Below, piece after piece: positions 12,639-27,059 of a stretch of 64,000 bases of DNA (its first letter is position 1; each line of letters opens with the position of its first letter). Both the position numbers and the translations under genes were made by a program. Below the pieces are notes generated by a model. It ran no database searches. It worked only from the letters and a program-made list of their open reading frames with translations, and was not told where the DNA came from. Origin of the DNA: Octopus sinensis (taxonomy: Eukaryota); assembly GCF_006345805.1 (NCBI RefSeq), contig NC_043011.1, forward strand, positions 15,636,464-15,700,463, written 5' to 3'.

Positions 12639-13570
12639 GTTATATACGAATTCATGTTTTATGTTATTTGATTTTATTAGTTTTAAGTTTATTATCGATG
12701 GAAAAAAAATGCTTAATTTTACTCATTCATGTAGAAATAATAGAAATATCATTGGAATAAGCTGCACTTCCGTCTTGTTTATGTCTTTCAGGAAAAAAAA
12801 TAGTAGAATAAAAGAATTGAAAGTAAAATATGAAATTGGAATAAAAGAAAAGAAAGGAATTCTACAACTGCAAGAAACACTTGAAAAAGAAAACAAAACT
12901 CTTAGAGCATCTTTTTGTTGAATTATAAATTAACACGTTTATGTTCGGAGAGAAACTAAGAAGAGAAATGAAGAGGAAAAAAAATATCTGTGAAAACTTG
13001 AAAATAAAATATTTGAAATGCTTGCAGTCAGTAAAGAAAAATGGAACGAAATATTGATCGGTCACTGACGCAAATGTTAGAAACTTCTATATTTTACCAT
13101 TACGTTGTAGGAAATAAGAAGGGGGGGGAAGAAAAACACGGAAAAATAATCAATAATGCAACCTACATAAATGAAATCTGACAGTTAACTTGTTAGATAC
13201 GCGTATTTCAAAACATAATCTCCCTTCCTCAACAGACTGGTTCTTTTTAGAATAAGATTTAGTATATCATATATCATTTCAAAGAGAGTTAAGGAAGTAT
13301 TATATTTATTTATAATCATAAAGTAATTATCAATAATGATTCCGAATTTCGGTCGAATGCCATTAATTTTAGGAAAAGGTGTAAGTCGATCACATCGACT
13401 CCAGTTGCTGAACTGGTACGTAATTTATCGACCCGGAAAGGATGAGAAGCAAAGCTGACCTTGGTGGAATTTGAACTCAGAAGATAAAGATGGAAGAAAT
13501 CATTCCGAGTATTTTGCCTGGAGTCGCTAGCAGTTCTACCAGCTCAGGGTCTTTAAAGAAAACGATATAT

Positions 13571-13800
13571 ATTTCTTTACTACCCACAAGGGGCTAAACA
13601 TAGAGGGGACAAACAAGGACAGACAAAGGGATTAAGTCGATTACATCAACCCCAGTGCATAACTGGTACTTAATTTATCGACCCTGAAAGGATGAAAGGC
13701 AAAGTCGACATCGGCGGAATTTGAACACAGAACGTAACGGCAGACGAAATACGGCTACGCATTTCGCCCGGTGAGCTAACGTTTACGCCAACTCGCCACC
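13571..13800 (-). mobile_element. Full-length SINE family A with TSD, inside a cluster of older copies (about 13340-14140)
   Basis: TSD ttaaag(a/t)aaacgatatat at 13553-13570 and 13801-13818; tRNA-like head with A and B boxes on the minus strand. Confidence 0.92.
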
Positions 13801-14227
13801 TTAAAGTAAACGATATATTGGTTTTAAATTTTGGAGCAAAGCCTGAAATTTGGGGAGAGGAGTCTAGCCGATTACTTCCACCCAAGTGCTCAAATAATAC
13901 TTATATTATAGATCCAGAAAGGATGACAGGCAAGGCAGACCTTTGCAGAATTTGAACTCAGAAAGTAAGGTTGGCACAATGCCTAAAATTTTGGGAGAGA
14001 GGAGTGATCGATTACTTCGATCCCAGTGTTCAACAGGAACTTATTTTATGGATCCAGAAAGGATGAAAGGCAAAATCGACCTTGACGCGATTGTAACTCA
14101 CAATGTGAAATAGCACACATTACTGCTAAGCATTTTGCGTAACGTAAGTTTCGATCGAGGCGGTGATCTTAATTATGAAATATATAGCTAAATATGCGAA
14201 TAACAAAAAAAATTCAGCTTTAGGCAA

Positions 14228-14452
14228 TTGCAATGGAACCTATCAAACCTCCAGCGAGAAGGCTGGAGGGAGGAACCCTTAACCTGGACCGAAAACCCGA
14301 ATTGGCCTTCGCAGGTGACTGCGAAGGTCATATCGGAGGTCAACATGTCCAGGGCGTTGAGCCCCTTTACGAAGGATTTTTGGGACCCTGACCGGGATCC
14401 AGAGCAGTACCTATGGGCAGGTCACAGCCTGGTCGGGGACGAAGAAGAATAG
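14228..14452 (+). other. GC-rich structured island with a 74-codon open frame, origin unknown
   Basis: Several perfect stems (see findings); composition is unlike the flanks. Confidence 0.5.
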
Positions 14453-15042
14453 TCTTAGTGCCGAAATACTTTTATATTTGTAATGATTAATATTGTTGTC
14501 CTTTTAGACAAATTGTAAGAGGGTCATTGCCTCAGGTAATGTGTTGTTAAAGATCAATGTTATAGAGAAGCAGAGGGTCGACGGGCGCATTCTGTCTTCT
14601 CTCATCCTTATCATTCTCGTATCAGTATCATTCATTTCATTAATGTCTTGTCCAGCCCGCAAATCTACGTAATCTGTGTACTGTTTTTATGACAAATTTG
14701 ATGAAATGAATTAAAGTACTAGTGAAACACTGAGGTCAATTTAATTGACTATTCCCCATTCACAAAATTCCAAGGCCTTCTGCCTTCAGTGGAAAGGATT
14801 ATATATCCATCTCGGCCGATCTTACCAATAAGTTTCGTGCAAAATTCCGTGCACTATGGAACTTCCTCAGTAAACATGTCGCGGTTTCAAAGCGACAAAA
14901 ATATTTTGACAAATTTAAATGTTGAAGTGAATCTAACGGCTTTTGTGTTTTCAAGTGGCTTATAAACACCTTCCACACTGCAATTGTTTTTGTTTAAGCA
15001 CACGATCTCAGATCAGGTTACTTACTATGCAAATGCATCTCC

Positions 15043-15097
<55 letters not shown>

Positions 15098-15876
15098 GGA
15101 TGAGAAATATAACATTTTAGTGTGCCGTCTCCGTAGGCTTGCGTGTATTATGTTATAATTTAATAGTGTGTGGCCTTGATTTCCCATTGACCTGTCTTTG
15201 ATATCAAATAATTGCCTAAACACACTAAACAGAACAGTTGTTCCTGTTCTATGGATTTACGAGATTTGATGTGTATATAATATAAACGAGTTGGTTACTT
15301 TTTTCACTGGGAAGATCCAATAAAGGTTGAAAATCGATTACGGCTACATCTGTTGTTTTTTCTTAGATATAGACGAATAAGAGAAGTTTGATGTCTCTAT
15401 GTTATTCAGTACATTTGTTCTTACTATATGACACCTTCATTCTGTGTGAACCGGGAATCCTGTTAACAGAAATCTGATTCTTAAATAAAGGGTAAAATAT
15501 TAATAGTATGCAAATCACACTTTATGATGTACTAGATTTGGTGCATTTATAAATTAGTTCCCAACATCATTCTCTAGGATTGGTCATGTTATGTAGATTC
15601 CTTCGATGAGTCTCCAATGAGTATTGACAACCGCACACACACATATATACATATAAATATACATATACATATATATGTACATATATGCATAAGTATGTGA
15701 AATTGACAGATTTTATCGTAGATTGAAAAGATAATGAACAACTTTATTAAGTTGTTCATTATCTTTTCAATCTATGACAAAATCTGTAAATTTCACATAC
15801 TTGTACGTATATATACACATATATGTATATGTATATCTGTGTGTGTGTGTGTTTGTGTGTTTGTGTGTGTAAATAT

Positions 15877-17204
15877 ATACAAGATATCCCCAAATTAAAG
15901 CAACCAACTTCTAATTTTGCCAAAGAAAATATTGTTATATTTCGGGTCCGAGCGTTACAATGCAACCGTGAGGTAAACATTACCCCATTTATCCGATATG
16001 ACCACTTCTGTTTTGAATCACTGCCTTAAGTCTAGATGTGAATGCTTCACACGCATCACGCAGCAGTTCTTGCGAAATTGAATCTCATTCCTGCCGTACT
16101 TTTACCTTCAGAATGTCGAGCTAAGCATGAGGGGTGCTCGAGACACTTGTCTCCCAAATGGATCAAAGAAAAGAAATCCAGCCGGTTGAGATCGGATCTT
16201 ATTGGTGGGCGATACATCCTTTCCTATGAAAGACGGATTTTTTTTCCGAATCAGCAGCTTGAAGCTGTGGGATGATGTCAAGTCGTCCTGTCGTAGGTTC
16301 CATGGTGTACTTTGAAAGTGTTCATTTGCCCATGGAAGCATTTCAGCTTCCAGAATGTCGCTAATGTATCGCTGGGTGTTAATTTTAGCATCCGAGGGGG
16401 CAAAAGCGAGGGGAGACATTTCAGTAGCTCTCACATCCTACCAAACCATAAGTGATTGTGAATTGTGACGTCAATTTACGTGTCTACTCTCGATGGAGCC
16501 AGATACAAAGTCGGTCATTCTGCTGGTTTGCTGTCTGTTCGATGTGAAATTTCTTGTCAACAGCGAACCCCAGATTGGGATGCATGCCTTCAGCAATCTG
16601 ACGCAGAATAAGACGACTTCTCTCTAGTCTCATGGCCTTATAAACATGCGTGAGCTCATGAACGCGGATCATCTTGTACAGGTGGATTCTTAGATCCTCC
16701 ATCAACTCTCGATAATCAATGTTCAGCTTATCTTTGCTGTGGCAGCCAGTTTTCTGACGGAACCACGAGGAATTCATTGTGTCTCTTCTCTGGTACTTTT
16801 GATTAGCTGAAGGGTCCGCACATTTCTTTTTTCTTTTTGCCAAAGCCAGGACGATCAGCAATGGAACCTATCTCTTGAAATTTCTTGACAATTTTCTAGA
16901 CAATTTTCCGGTTAATTTTAAGCTTTTTTGCTATAACTGTATTGCTTTCACCTCCTTTGTGGAGGGTTATTATTGTATTTCGGTCCATGCCCATTATCTA
17001 ATTTATTAATCTGAATTTATTTAATCTGAAACAAAAAGAAACACACTAAGCTTTTATAACGATGTATAAGTTTCATATCTTATCAAAGTGTTCATTTGCC
17101 AATGAAAGCATTTCAGCTTCTAGAATGTTGCTAATGTATCGCTGGGTGTTAATTATTGATAGTTATAAAAGCCTGGAACTTCGATTGCCTTAATTTCTCC
17201 TGTA
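15877..17204 (-). mobile_element. Degenerate Tc1/mariner-superfamily transposon (maT/DD37D-like)
   Basis: Minus-strand transposase pieces KFHIEQTANQQNDR, KINTQRYISDILEAEMLPWANEHF..RQD, SDLNRLDF and RLKAVIQNRSGHI. Imperfect TIRs next to TA at both ends. Confidence 0.85.
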
Positions 17205-18084
17205 TATATCCTATGAGCTTTACTTTCCGTCGACCAAATCTGCTCAAGTTTTTATTAGTGGGCTTTTTGAAGACAGTGCTGACTTCAATGCACTACAATC
17301 TCAATAATATGAAAATATACTTTTCTTTTATCTAGAATCGTGATGTTCTTAAAATATGAATCCAATTTCGATTTTCAATACACAAAACGTTAATCAACAA
17401 CAATGAGAGGTATTAAACTTTGAACGTGTGAGTACGTTTTTGTGATTTTGTTTGACTATGCCTCAGAAGGAAAATTGGTGGCCTCAAAATTTTGTATTTA
17501 CGGCACAAAATGTTTGAGGCAGTTAGTAAGCCATAAACACAAAACCATGTAGCTTCACGCTTTTGCGTTTTGCCCAGTGAGATCGTTGCCATTAAAGCAT
17601 AATCGTAAATCTAAGAATTAAGAATATGTTCAGAGATACAAATGTCACCTTGAAGAGCAATCGAGATTGAGTGGCCATGGAAGACAAGTATGTGATAATA
17701 GGAATTAGGAGTGTATGTATATGAAAGCTTAAACAAATTAATGCTGTTATTATATCATATATTTATAGTTGTTTGAAATCTTCAATGTATGTTTGATACT
17801 ACAATGCGTATTATACAAGCAAATACATTACTGAGGCAATAATTTACGTGTACATAAAGCAAATTAAAATATCAACTAATACGGATTTTGATAGCTCCAT
17901 GCAGCAGAGTGACAGCATTCGTTTTAGAAGATGAAGACGGATATATGAAAGAGACAGTGTTTATAATATATATCGGATTGAAAAACTAGTTAAATAGAAA
18001 GACGAAATGGAGAAATTCTAGTGAGAGGTATAGAGGCAGATAGATAAGATGGAGAGAAGAAAAGAGAAAATTAGTGTAGGCGTT

Positions 18085-18770
18085 TTAGTGACACGCCAGG
18101 AAGTTTAAGCAGTAGGTAGTACTGCTAGGTATTGAGTGGTTAAATGAATGGTGGAGAAAACGAAGAGAAACACGAAGTCCCAAAGCAGCGGGAGGAGAAG
18201 AAAAATGGCGCGAGACTTCTAAGAGTGAAAACTGTCCAGTATTGGCAGAAAACTTATTAACAATGACTGACTTCATTGCTGAGTAATGAGAGATATCAGA
18301 CGGGAACGGATAAGAAATACGAAGGAACACTTTCTAAGTATAGTGAAAAGCATTATAGAATGTTCCAGTCACGTCGAGTATAAGAATTACGGTGAGGTAG
18401 GAGAATAATGGTGAACTACTAATGAGTGAGAAAAGAAAGGTGAGCCAGTAGAGGTGTCTGCTGTGTGTGATATATTTCTTGACCTAAAGGAAAGAATATA
18501 CAGTTGGAGAAAAAGGTGGGTTGGCTATCGCAGTAACGTAACTTTGCGTAAGTGGCAAAGGAAGACTTAAGCGATGTTCAGCAGGCACGTGTTAGAAAGT
18601 GGAAGGAAAAAACAGACAGGAAAGAGTGGAATACAAGGACTTCTCGAGGTCTGTTGGGACCAAAAAGTTAATGTAAGAAAGATTTGCCATCACGATGACG
18701 TGACGACAGGAGAACATTACGTAAGCGATCCTTTTAGAGAAGGGTTCTTCATTCTTAAGTGTTAAGGGAT
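18085..18770 (-). mobile_element. Old CR1/L2/Jockey-like LINE remnant
   Basis: Strong strand purine skew and decayed frames resembling the EN-RT linker; no clean motif. Confidence 0.35.
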
Positions 18771-19292
18771 TTTAAGGTTATCTCTATAGATTTTGTATAG
18801 AATGTAGACTGTAAGTTACAATATTCCGCAAACAAATACTTCTATGCAAACAAAATAATCAAAGACAGAAAAATGCGGTAATGGCTGTATATACATATTT
18901 CAAAGATTATTGTCCTCACTTCAGCAGCTCATAGAATCTATACATAACTGCATAGACCAGTTTTTGATACTAAACGCATTTCTCGTAAATGGTACCTATA
19001 TTTAATTGCTGGTAAGGAACCAATATTCCGCCATCTTTTTTCCCATAATATTTTACCTTTATTAAGTCAGTACTGTGTCCTACTGTGTTAACAGTGCTTT
19101 ACTTTCATTTTAAGGATATCTCTTTAGATTTTCTACAGAATTCAGAGAGATCACTGTAAACTACCACGTTTCGTGAACAAACACGCCCGTGTAAACAATG
19201 TGATTGAGGTTGCTGTATGAAAAATTATGCGTTTGTAATCTTCCCAAGTAAGGTATTCAAATGACTGAAACAAGTAAAAAATAAAGAGAGTA

Positions 19293-19505
19293 AGGCGGAG
19301 AGCGGGCAGAATCATTAGCACTTCAGAGACAAATGCTTAGCCACATTACGCCCTTCTTTACGTTCTGGGTTCAAATTCCGCGGAGCTCGACTTTGCTTTT
19401 CATCCTTTTGGCGTCTCAATAAAATGGGTACCATTTAAGCACTGGAGTCGATGTAATCAACTTACATCCACCCCGAAATTGCTGGGTTTGTGCCAAAATT
19501 TGATT
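19293..19505 (+). mobile_element. Diverged SINE family A-related copy
   Basis: ggcggagagcgggcagaatcattagc head, B-box gggttcaaattcc, and gactttgcttttcatcc body. Confidence 0.8.
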
Positions 19506-19627
19506 CCAGAATTATCATTATGGATACCTATAGCATTAATGTTGCCTTAAATTTTATGATTAGTACTAATAGAATAGTTATCAATATTATCACTATGGTT
19601 ATTATTACAAACATAATTGCTGCAGTT

Positions 19628-19798
<171 letters not shown>

Positions 19799-20037
19799 TA
19801 GCATTAGCAGTATTCATGTTTTCAATTAAATTTCCGATTTTTTCTTTTTTTTTTCTTTTAGTTGGAACATAGCTGTTCCCATAATTTATGTAGTCTTTCA
19901 TATGCTTCCAAAATTATTATAGTTACTATGTTTGTTCTTTTTATTAAAAGTGGTATTATTTCCATTACTATCAGTACTGCGAAACTGAGTAATGCATATA
20001 TATATATACACACATACATATATATATATACATACAT

Positions 20038-20096
<59 letters not shown>

Positions 20097-20097
20097 A

Positions 20098-20152
<55 letters not shown>

Positions 20153-21156
20153 ATGTGTCTGTGTGTGTGTGTGTATGTGTGTATGTATGAATGCATGTAT
20201 CTATGTATACAGAGAGAGAGAAAGAGAGAGAGAGAGAGAAAGGGGGGAGATGGGGGGAAGTGTATATTTACTCGTGTGTGTACGTGTGTCTATCTGAAGC
20301 AAACAATGTATTTTACTGGTTCATATAATTGAATTTATATTACATGTATCGATCGATAATCTTTGGTAAAATCATATTGTGTATTATTTTATATGAATTA
20401 CATGATGCAATATATCCTGTATTATATAATTGAATACATATGATATAATTCAGTTGAAGCCGTACTATAGCGTTTGAATTAGACATTGCAGTAATAATTT
20501 GGAAACTAGTTTATTACCACATATGATCTTTTATTCACGTATAAAGTCAAGAAGTACTTGCAGAAACGTAGGATTTTTTGAAACTTGAGGGTATATATAT
20601 ATCCAACTGAGAATTATATTTATCTTGATCTGAAGACACGGATAAAACATGATTTCGCTGTGCTTATTTTTAACTAATATCTATTTGTTTTGTGCTTTTA
20701 ACGATGGAGATGTTTAATCGACCCCCATATAGGAGAACTCGTAACCCTAATGTCCAGTTTAGTGCTCAGCCACTGTTTGACTTTCTAGACGAAGTAAAAC
20801 TTTGTGCAACTTCAATATTTTCTACATTACTGAACAAACTGCTGGTGCGTTCCTCATGATTATATTAGCTAGTTAGACGCTTTGTCTGATTGTAGCAGCA
20901 TGAGCGAGTTAGGGGAATAAGCGAATATAATTTCGTTACACTATAGAGCGGATGCATCAATTTGTAGTAGAAACGAGCTGATAGACAGAGGAATATGGAA
21001 GATAACAATAGGAAAGGAAATGTGAATGAATGAAATTAGTAATTGAGAAGGAAAGAAAATACGAGAATGAAATACACAAAGGGGGACTAGATTAATAGAG
21101 AGAAAGTGATAAATTGATAGATTGCTAGAGAGACAGGGAGAAACGGTGGCAGAGAA

Positions 21157-21191
<35 letters not shown>

Positions 21192-21199
21192 TCTAACAT

Positions 21200-21540
21200 A
21201 AACGTACGTCGCAGAAGAAAAGAAAGGTGCTTGTATCGAAGAGATGTAGGGAAATATTCGTTGGAAATATAATGGTAGAATTAGGATTAGAGGAATGAAA
21301 GTGTGGTCAAGTAAAGATCCAATGGAAATAACGTATTTAAAGAGAAGAGAGATAATGCAGTTTGGTAAAACAGGTTAGAGTTGACTGCAGTGATAACGGT
21401 TTGTTAATAGAATATTAATGTCAATACGTAACAAAGATGAAGAAGAGCTAGCTGAAGTATAGTGCAGATTAAAGGAAATGATCGCTCACAAATAACATGT
21501 TCTAAGAAGAAGAGTGCAGCTGTTATAGCGATGAAAGACA
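21200..21540 (-). mobile_element. Very old CR1/L2-like 3' remnant
   Basis: Purine-skewed block with decayed similarity to LINE C-terminal sequence. Confidence 0.3.
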
Positions 21541-22276
21541 AATTAATTATCCTTCACTAGTGAAAATGATTCGAGGGATTCACTGGTTAATTGCACTTGG
21601 ACGATAACGTGTTTCTAAATTAGCTTCTGTATTTTCAGATTAATGTTAACCATTCCATTAATTTATAGTAACAATGCTATTTGTCAGGCAAATTGCTCTC
21701 CTTCAAGCTCTTAAATCAATTTACTGCTTACTGTTAGTAATCAAGCTGTGGGATATGGACGTATGTGCAGTCAGTTTCCTGGACGTCGTCTTCATCAAGT
21801 TGCAGATGAAGTTAGCGTAGCCAAACAGTAAGGCAGGGCTTTCTGAAATAAAGGGATTAATTATGCGTGATTAACATTTCATTGGTCCTTTATCTATATC
21901 TTCAAGCAAACTAACGTAGACAAAATTTGTTTGATACATGGACGTTATATAATATATATAATGTGGTTACTAAGAGTTCAATGTGGTTATTTATTTGAGG
22001 CGGTTTCTACTCCAAAGCAATGATCCATATAAGTTCCTTTAGGTGTCTGATGATCAGTTGTTAGAAATAGACAAATTTACTGACGTTATATTTAAATTAG
22101 ATCGACTAATTTAAACCAGTCGCTAAACAAGGCTATAAAAAAAGTATTTTATAATTTCTGCAATTATATTTTGTTCACTTTCATTTTCAATCTATTCTCC
22201 CTGTCTCTTTTTATACCAACATCAGTGAAACACGTTGGCCAGTCCCATATACAATCAAGTGGAGAATAGAGAACCA

Positions 22277-23519
22277 TACGAGGGACGTTCAATACGTAAT
22301 GCCTCTGACCCACTTGTAGTTGTTTGATTTTGCATGTGCAATTATTGATATCTCTATAAATTAGGTGGCAAATTAGAGCTCTGAAATTATTGTGGTTTCT
22401 GATTTACAGGTGTTTGAACTGAGTCAAGTGTGAAATGGAGCCTGTTGAGTGGCGAGCAGTGATCCGGTTTTTGTATTTGAAAGGACGCACACCACGGAAG
22501 ACTTTTGATGAAATGAAAGTAACTTATGGTGATGATGCCCCATCATAGGACATTGTAGAACCCTGGCGTAGTGAATTCAAACATGGTCGGAACTCTGTGG
22601 AAACAGCTCTCAGATCTGGTCACCCCCTTCTGCCATTGATGAGGCATCTGTCCGTGAAGTTGAGGCTGCCATTTTGGAAGATCGACGCATAACTATTCGC
22701 CAAATAGCCCATGAGGTCAAGGTTAATACCGGGTGTGTGGAAACTATGATTCATGACCATCTGCACATGCAAAAGGTGTCTGCCAAATGGATTCCCATGT
22801 TGCTCACACCTTTCCAGAAGCAAGAACGCGTCGAGTGCTCGAAGATGAATTTGGAGATGTGCCAAGAAGATGAGTCAAAATTTTTCAAAAGTCTGATTAC
22901 ACAGGATGGAACCTGGGTCCATCACTATGATCCAGAGACCAAAGCCCAGTCAATGCAGTGGAAGCACGTTGACTCACCTCCTCCAAAGAAGGCAAGAGTG
23001 CAGCCCTCCGCTGGTAAGGTCATGCTCACAGTCTTCTGGGACCAGGACGGAGTAGTGAAGACAGATTTCCTGGCAAAGGGTACCACAATTACAGGAGCCT
23101 ATTATGCTTCACGTTTGAGGAAATTAAGAGAAGCTATCGAAATCAAGAGGCGAGGCAAGATCAACAAAGGCATCCTCCTCCTGCAGGACAACGCTCCGGT
23201 CCACAACTCGCGTTTCACCAGATCAGAAGCACAGGCATGCGGCTATGAACTCCTCCCCCATCCCTCTACTCTCCTGACCTTGCACCCTCTGATTTTCACC
23301 TCTTCCCAGCCATGAAGTTGTTTTTGAAAGGAAAGCGTTTCCCAGATGATGCAGCCTTGATTTCTAAAGTCACGTCGTGGTTGGAGGACCAAGCTGGGGT
23401 CTTCTACAAAAACGGTCTCCAGAGCTGCATCAAACGATGGGAGAAATGCGTAACTCTGGGTGATTCCTATGTAGAAAAAGACTAACAACTGTGCCAAATT
23501 TCATTGCTCTACTGCTATG
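22277..23519 (+). mobile_element. Mariner (DD34D) transposon with pseudogenised transposase (22435-23485); right TIR missing
   Basis: Left end TAcgaggg. Motifs MEPVEWRAVIRFL, KVSAKWIP, ITQDGTWVHHYDPE, GKVMLTVFWD, LLQDNAPVH and YSPDLAPSDF (after a frameshift). In-frame TAG at 22546 and two frameshifts. Confidence 0.96.
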
Positions 23520-24108
23520 TAAATAAATCAAAGAAACACATGCTATGCATAACTAAAAGATCATGCATTAATTTTAGATCCAAGAACTCCATCATGCTAC
23601 TTTGTTTCAAATCCGAGATTCTCAGCAAATTCAAGCACATGGATAATGTTCTTTTGTGAAACTGGAGGTTACAAACCTTTCCAGATTCAGCCGTTCGATT
23701 ATCCTACAGCAGCTAAATTAATTATGCTTTCGATTAATAACGGGGAGACAGCGCTTGGTTTTCTTTCTAATCTTTCCATTCTTTTTTTCCGTTTATATTC
23801 ACCCTTTGTGTTCTAATTCTACTTTTTAGATAAAACTTTCCAAATTTTCTCGTGTTTCCTCATATACAAGCGTGCAGAATTTTACATAAAATTGATCGTG
23901 TGCAGTGGGCCAGAAAGACTGCTTGGAGACCCAATGCATATTATAGAAATGTATTGAAATACCGTTGTAGTTCTTATTGTGTATACGTTAGATGATACTC
24001 ATCACTTACTGGATGTAGTACTTTTCTACTGAATCCACCGGTAAAGGAACAGTAGACCACACATATGTGTGTGTGCGTGTGTATGTGCATATATACGCGC
24101 ATTTACCG

Positions 24109-24214
<106 letters not shown>

Positions 24215-24230
24215 ATTTATATATATATAT

Positions 24231-24420
24231 AGGGAGAGTTTACGAAACAAAAAGACGAAGACAGGTGTTGTACAAAACAAACAGATGTATTAGTATAACG
24301 CTCAGGAATAAAAGACGTCTTTATACATTTCGAGCTTACGCTCTTCTACAGAAAGGGACACAGAAAACAAGGAGAGAAATAAGGAGAGGAAAATTGTGTG
24401 TTGTGGCTAACGATCTATCA
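24231..24420 (-). mobile_element. Penelope-like terminal cassette with a variant minimal hammerhead motif
   Basis: Minus strand ctttCTGTAGAaGAGCgtaaGCTCGAAAtgTAtaaag. Same family as 34120-34285; embedded in (TA)n. Confidence 0.65.
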
Positions 24421-24491
24421 TGTGTATATATATATATATATATATTATATAATATATATATATATATACACACACACACCCATATATATAT

Positions 24492-24548
<57 letters not shown>

Positions 24549-25335
24549 TAAGTTATGGGGACGTAAACACTTCAATATCGCTTGTCAAGCGATGGTGGGG
24601 GAAAACAGACGCAAAAATACAGACACGCACGCATACACACTCACATATCTTTATATACGTTTACATATATAAAAATTCGTGCGTAGTTTGTGAGTCAGTT
24701 TACACATATCTTGGCGGTATAAGTACACCAACGATATGCAAATCTTTTAAGCTTGAAAATACACAAATGGAGCTTAACATATATTTGTAAATTAGGAACA
24801 TATTAAGAGTAAACTAAATTTAGTAGATAACTGAAATATAAATTATTTCACATGACAATGTATTAGACTGCATATGATAACACAATTTCTTTGATATCAA
24901 GACAAACGGAAAGTTGTATTAGCACTGAAGATATCAAACTTTCTAATATTGATAAGAAACCTTCTGAGAAGAATATGAAAATTTTGAAGAAATGTTTTTG
25001 AAGTAATACGATGAATAAACAACGTATCTAAATCGGATAGGATTACTACAGAAATGGAAATATTGTGGAACAGATATTATGTCTGGCATGAAGAAGTGAG
25101 ACTTCGGTAAAATGATGAGCAGAATTTGCTCTGATACAATAATGTCGCATATAGGTTCATTTTCGCGTACATTTTAATTTTGTGTGAACATGTATGAGTG
25201 TGCATTTCTCCCAAAGTGTGACGACATGGATAAAGCACCTGATGATGTAATTATTTTGACGTGGTTAATGAATCTGTCTATCTTTCTGCCTGCCTGTCAC
25301 TCTCTCTCAATATATATATATATATTATATATATA

Positions 25336-25545
25336 GTTAATCCAAACATGAAAACACAAAGAGAAAACACAACAACGTGAGGACCTGGAACAAGTATAGT
25401 ATTACTGGACGCTCAGGAAAGGAAAGAAAGAAAGAAGGAGGATTCAACGTTTCGAGCGGAGCTCTTCGTCAGAAATATTGGAAAAGGAAAGATCCAAGGA
25501 AGGGAAGACAGAGGAAAAAAATCACCAACGGTACACATGCGGTCA
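25336..25545 (-). mobile_element. Penelope-like terminal cassette with a minimal hammerhead motif
   Basis: Minus strand atttCTGACGAaGAGCtccGCTCGAAACGTTgaat at 25442-25476; flanked by (TA)n and (CA)n. Confidence 0.7.
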
Positions 25546-25568
25546 CACACACACACACACACACACAC

Positions 25569-25632
<64 letters not shown>

Positions 25633-27059
25633 CTGGTTAATATTTCTTCCTCTTTCAAAATTGCATAGTGTCAACATCTATTGTCAACCGATTATGGTAT
25701 AAATTAATTTCCATTCATTACAGGTTGTTTTAGCTCACTACGCTCAATTTATAATCAAGCACTTTATTATATTTTATTCTGTAGAAAGAACTTTTGGGAA
25801 GTTTTCCAAACCCATTATTTTGAATTACCTAATCAGTAAATAAATTTACATGTACACGGATATGATTCTTTGGATGTGTGTGTGTCTGTGTGTGTGTGCG
25901 TGTGTGTGTAGTGATGGGTGTTGGTATCTAAATATTGTTTTATGATCTAGAAAGGACGTGGTAGTCTATCGTTTGGGGAAATCTAAAACTCCGAAGTTGA
26001 TCGTATACCTATAAAAGATCACACACTCCCCATGTCTTCATTTAAATGTTAATCAATTTTATGTTCAGCGCTCTCAGCTTATATTTTATAACAAATTTTG
26101 TTAACATGTCTTTTAATTACTGATTTGATTTCATTTTGAATGAAAATTGATTTATGGTCGACATCCTGAAGTATGTTAGCTTGCACTTAACTATGCATGC
26201 TACTAATACACTCCATTTAGATATATGGCTATGTTATTGAGTAGATATTTCTCATTTTCTAACATATGTATATAGTCCCTTTAAAACTGCGAAAAATTCG
26301 GCCTGTAAGAACTTTCGACTAATTTACCTCTTGAACAGAAGCAATCAACCTAGCTTTAAATGTATTTGAAATCACTGCACCATGCGTTTTCAGTATAACC
26401 GGAACGATTTGCTTACTTATCTTTACAACTGAAAATCTGGAGCCGAGACGAAGCTTGTACTATTGAATCTCTCGCTTGTTTTATATTCGTATCTCTAACA
26501 CTCTAAACAAAATGAGACGAAATGAGACAATTTGAGAAGATGCAAGACCAGTCAAATCTCAGGAACAGGAATCCTTATATAAGCAATAGAAAATGCAAAG
26601 AGAGGTAACTGCTAGCATGCTTGTACTCTAGCATTGGAACTTATCTGTTTGTGATGCCAATCTATTGAGTGATCATTCTCTGGATGTTGTCTGGGATATA
26701 CGTTTCTCTAGCGGCAGCACTGTATCATAAATGGGTGCAATATTCAGTAAGACCTTCACTTCAGGTGTTGAGGACTAAAATAATTTCTGACTATGAAGAA
26801 CTAGCGTTTGGGGGTTTGGTCCTAGCTGTGTTAAGTGTTTACCTTCGCTAGGAGAGGTTGCTGATGATAATGATTCCCAAAATTTAGTGTTTGATTATCT
26901 CTAGTTATAGTATTAGTTGTGTTTGGCGGGTTATAGCTGTGTAGGTGTGTATGGGTGAGTATGCATGTATTACAAAGGGCCATATCTGGTCATGCATAAG
27001 AGGACTTTCTTTATGGAATCAGTGCAGGTCTGATGTTCAGTGATACATTGCATATGAGC

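Noticed and set aside
14245-14270. Minus strand ccagccttctcgctgg resembles the HDV ribozyme P3/L3 region
   Set aside because: P3 does not fully pair, and no correctly placed P1, P1.1 or P4 could be built.
19139-19247. AG/GT-bounded exon-like block
   Set aside because: Stops occur in all three frames; at most a non-coding exon, with no support.
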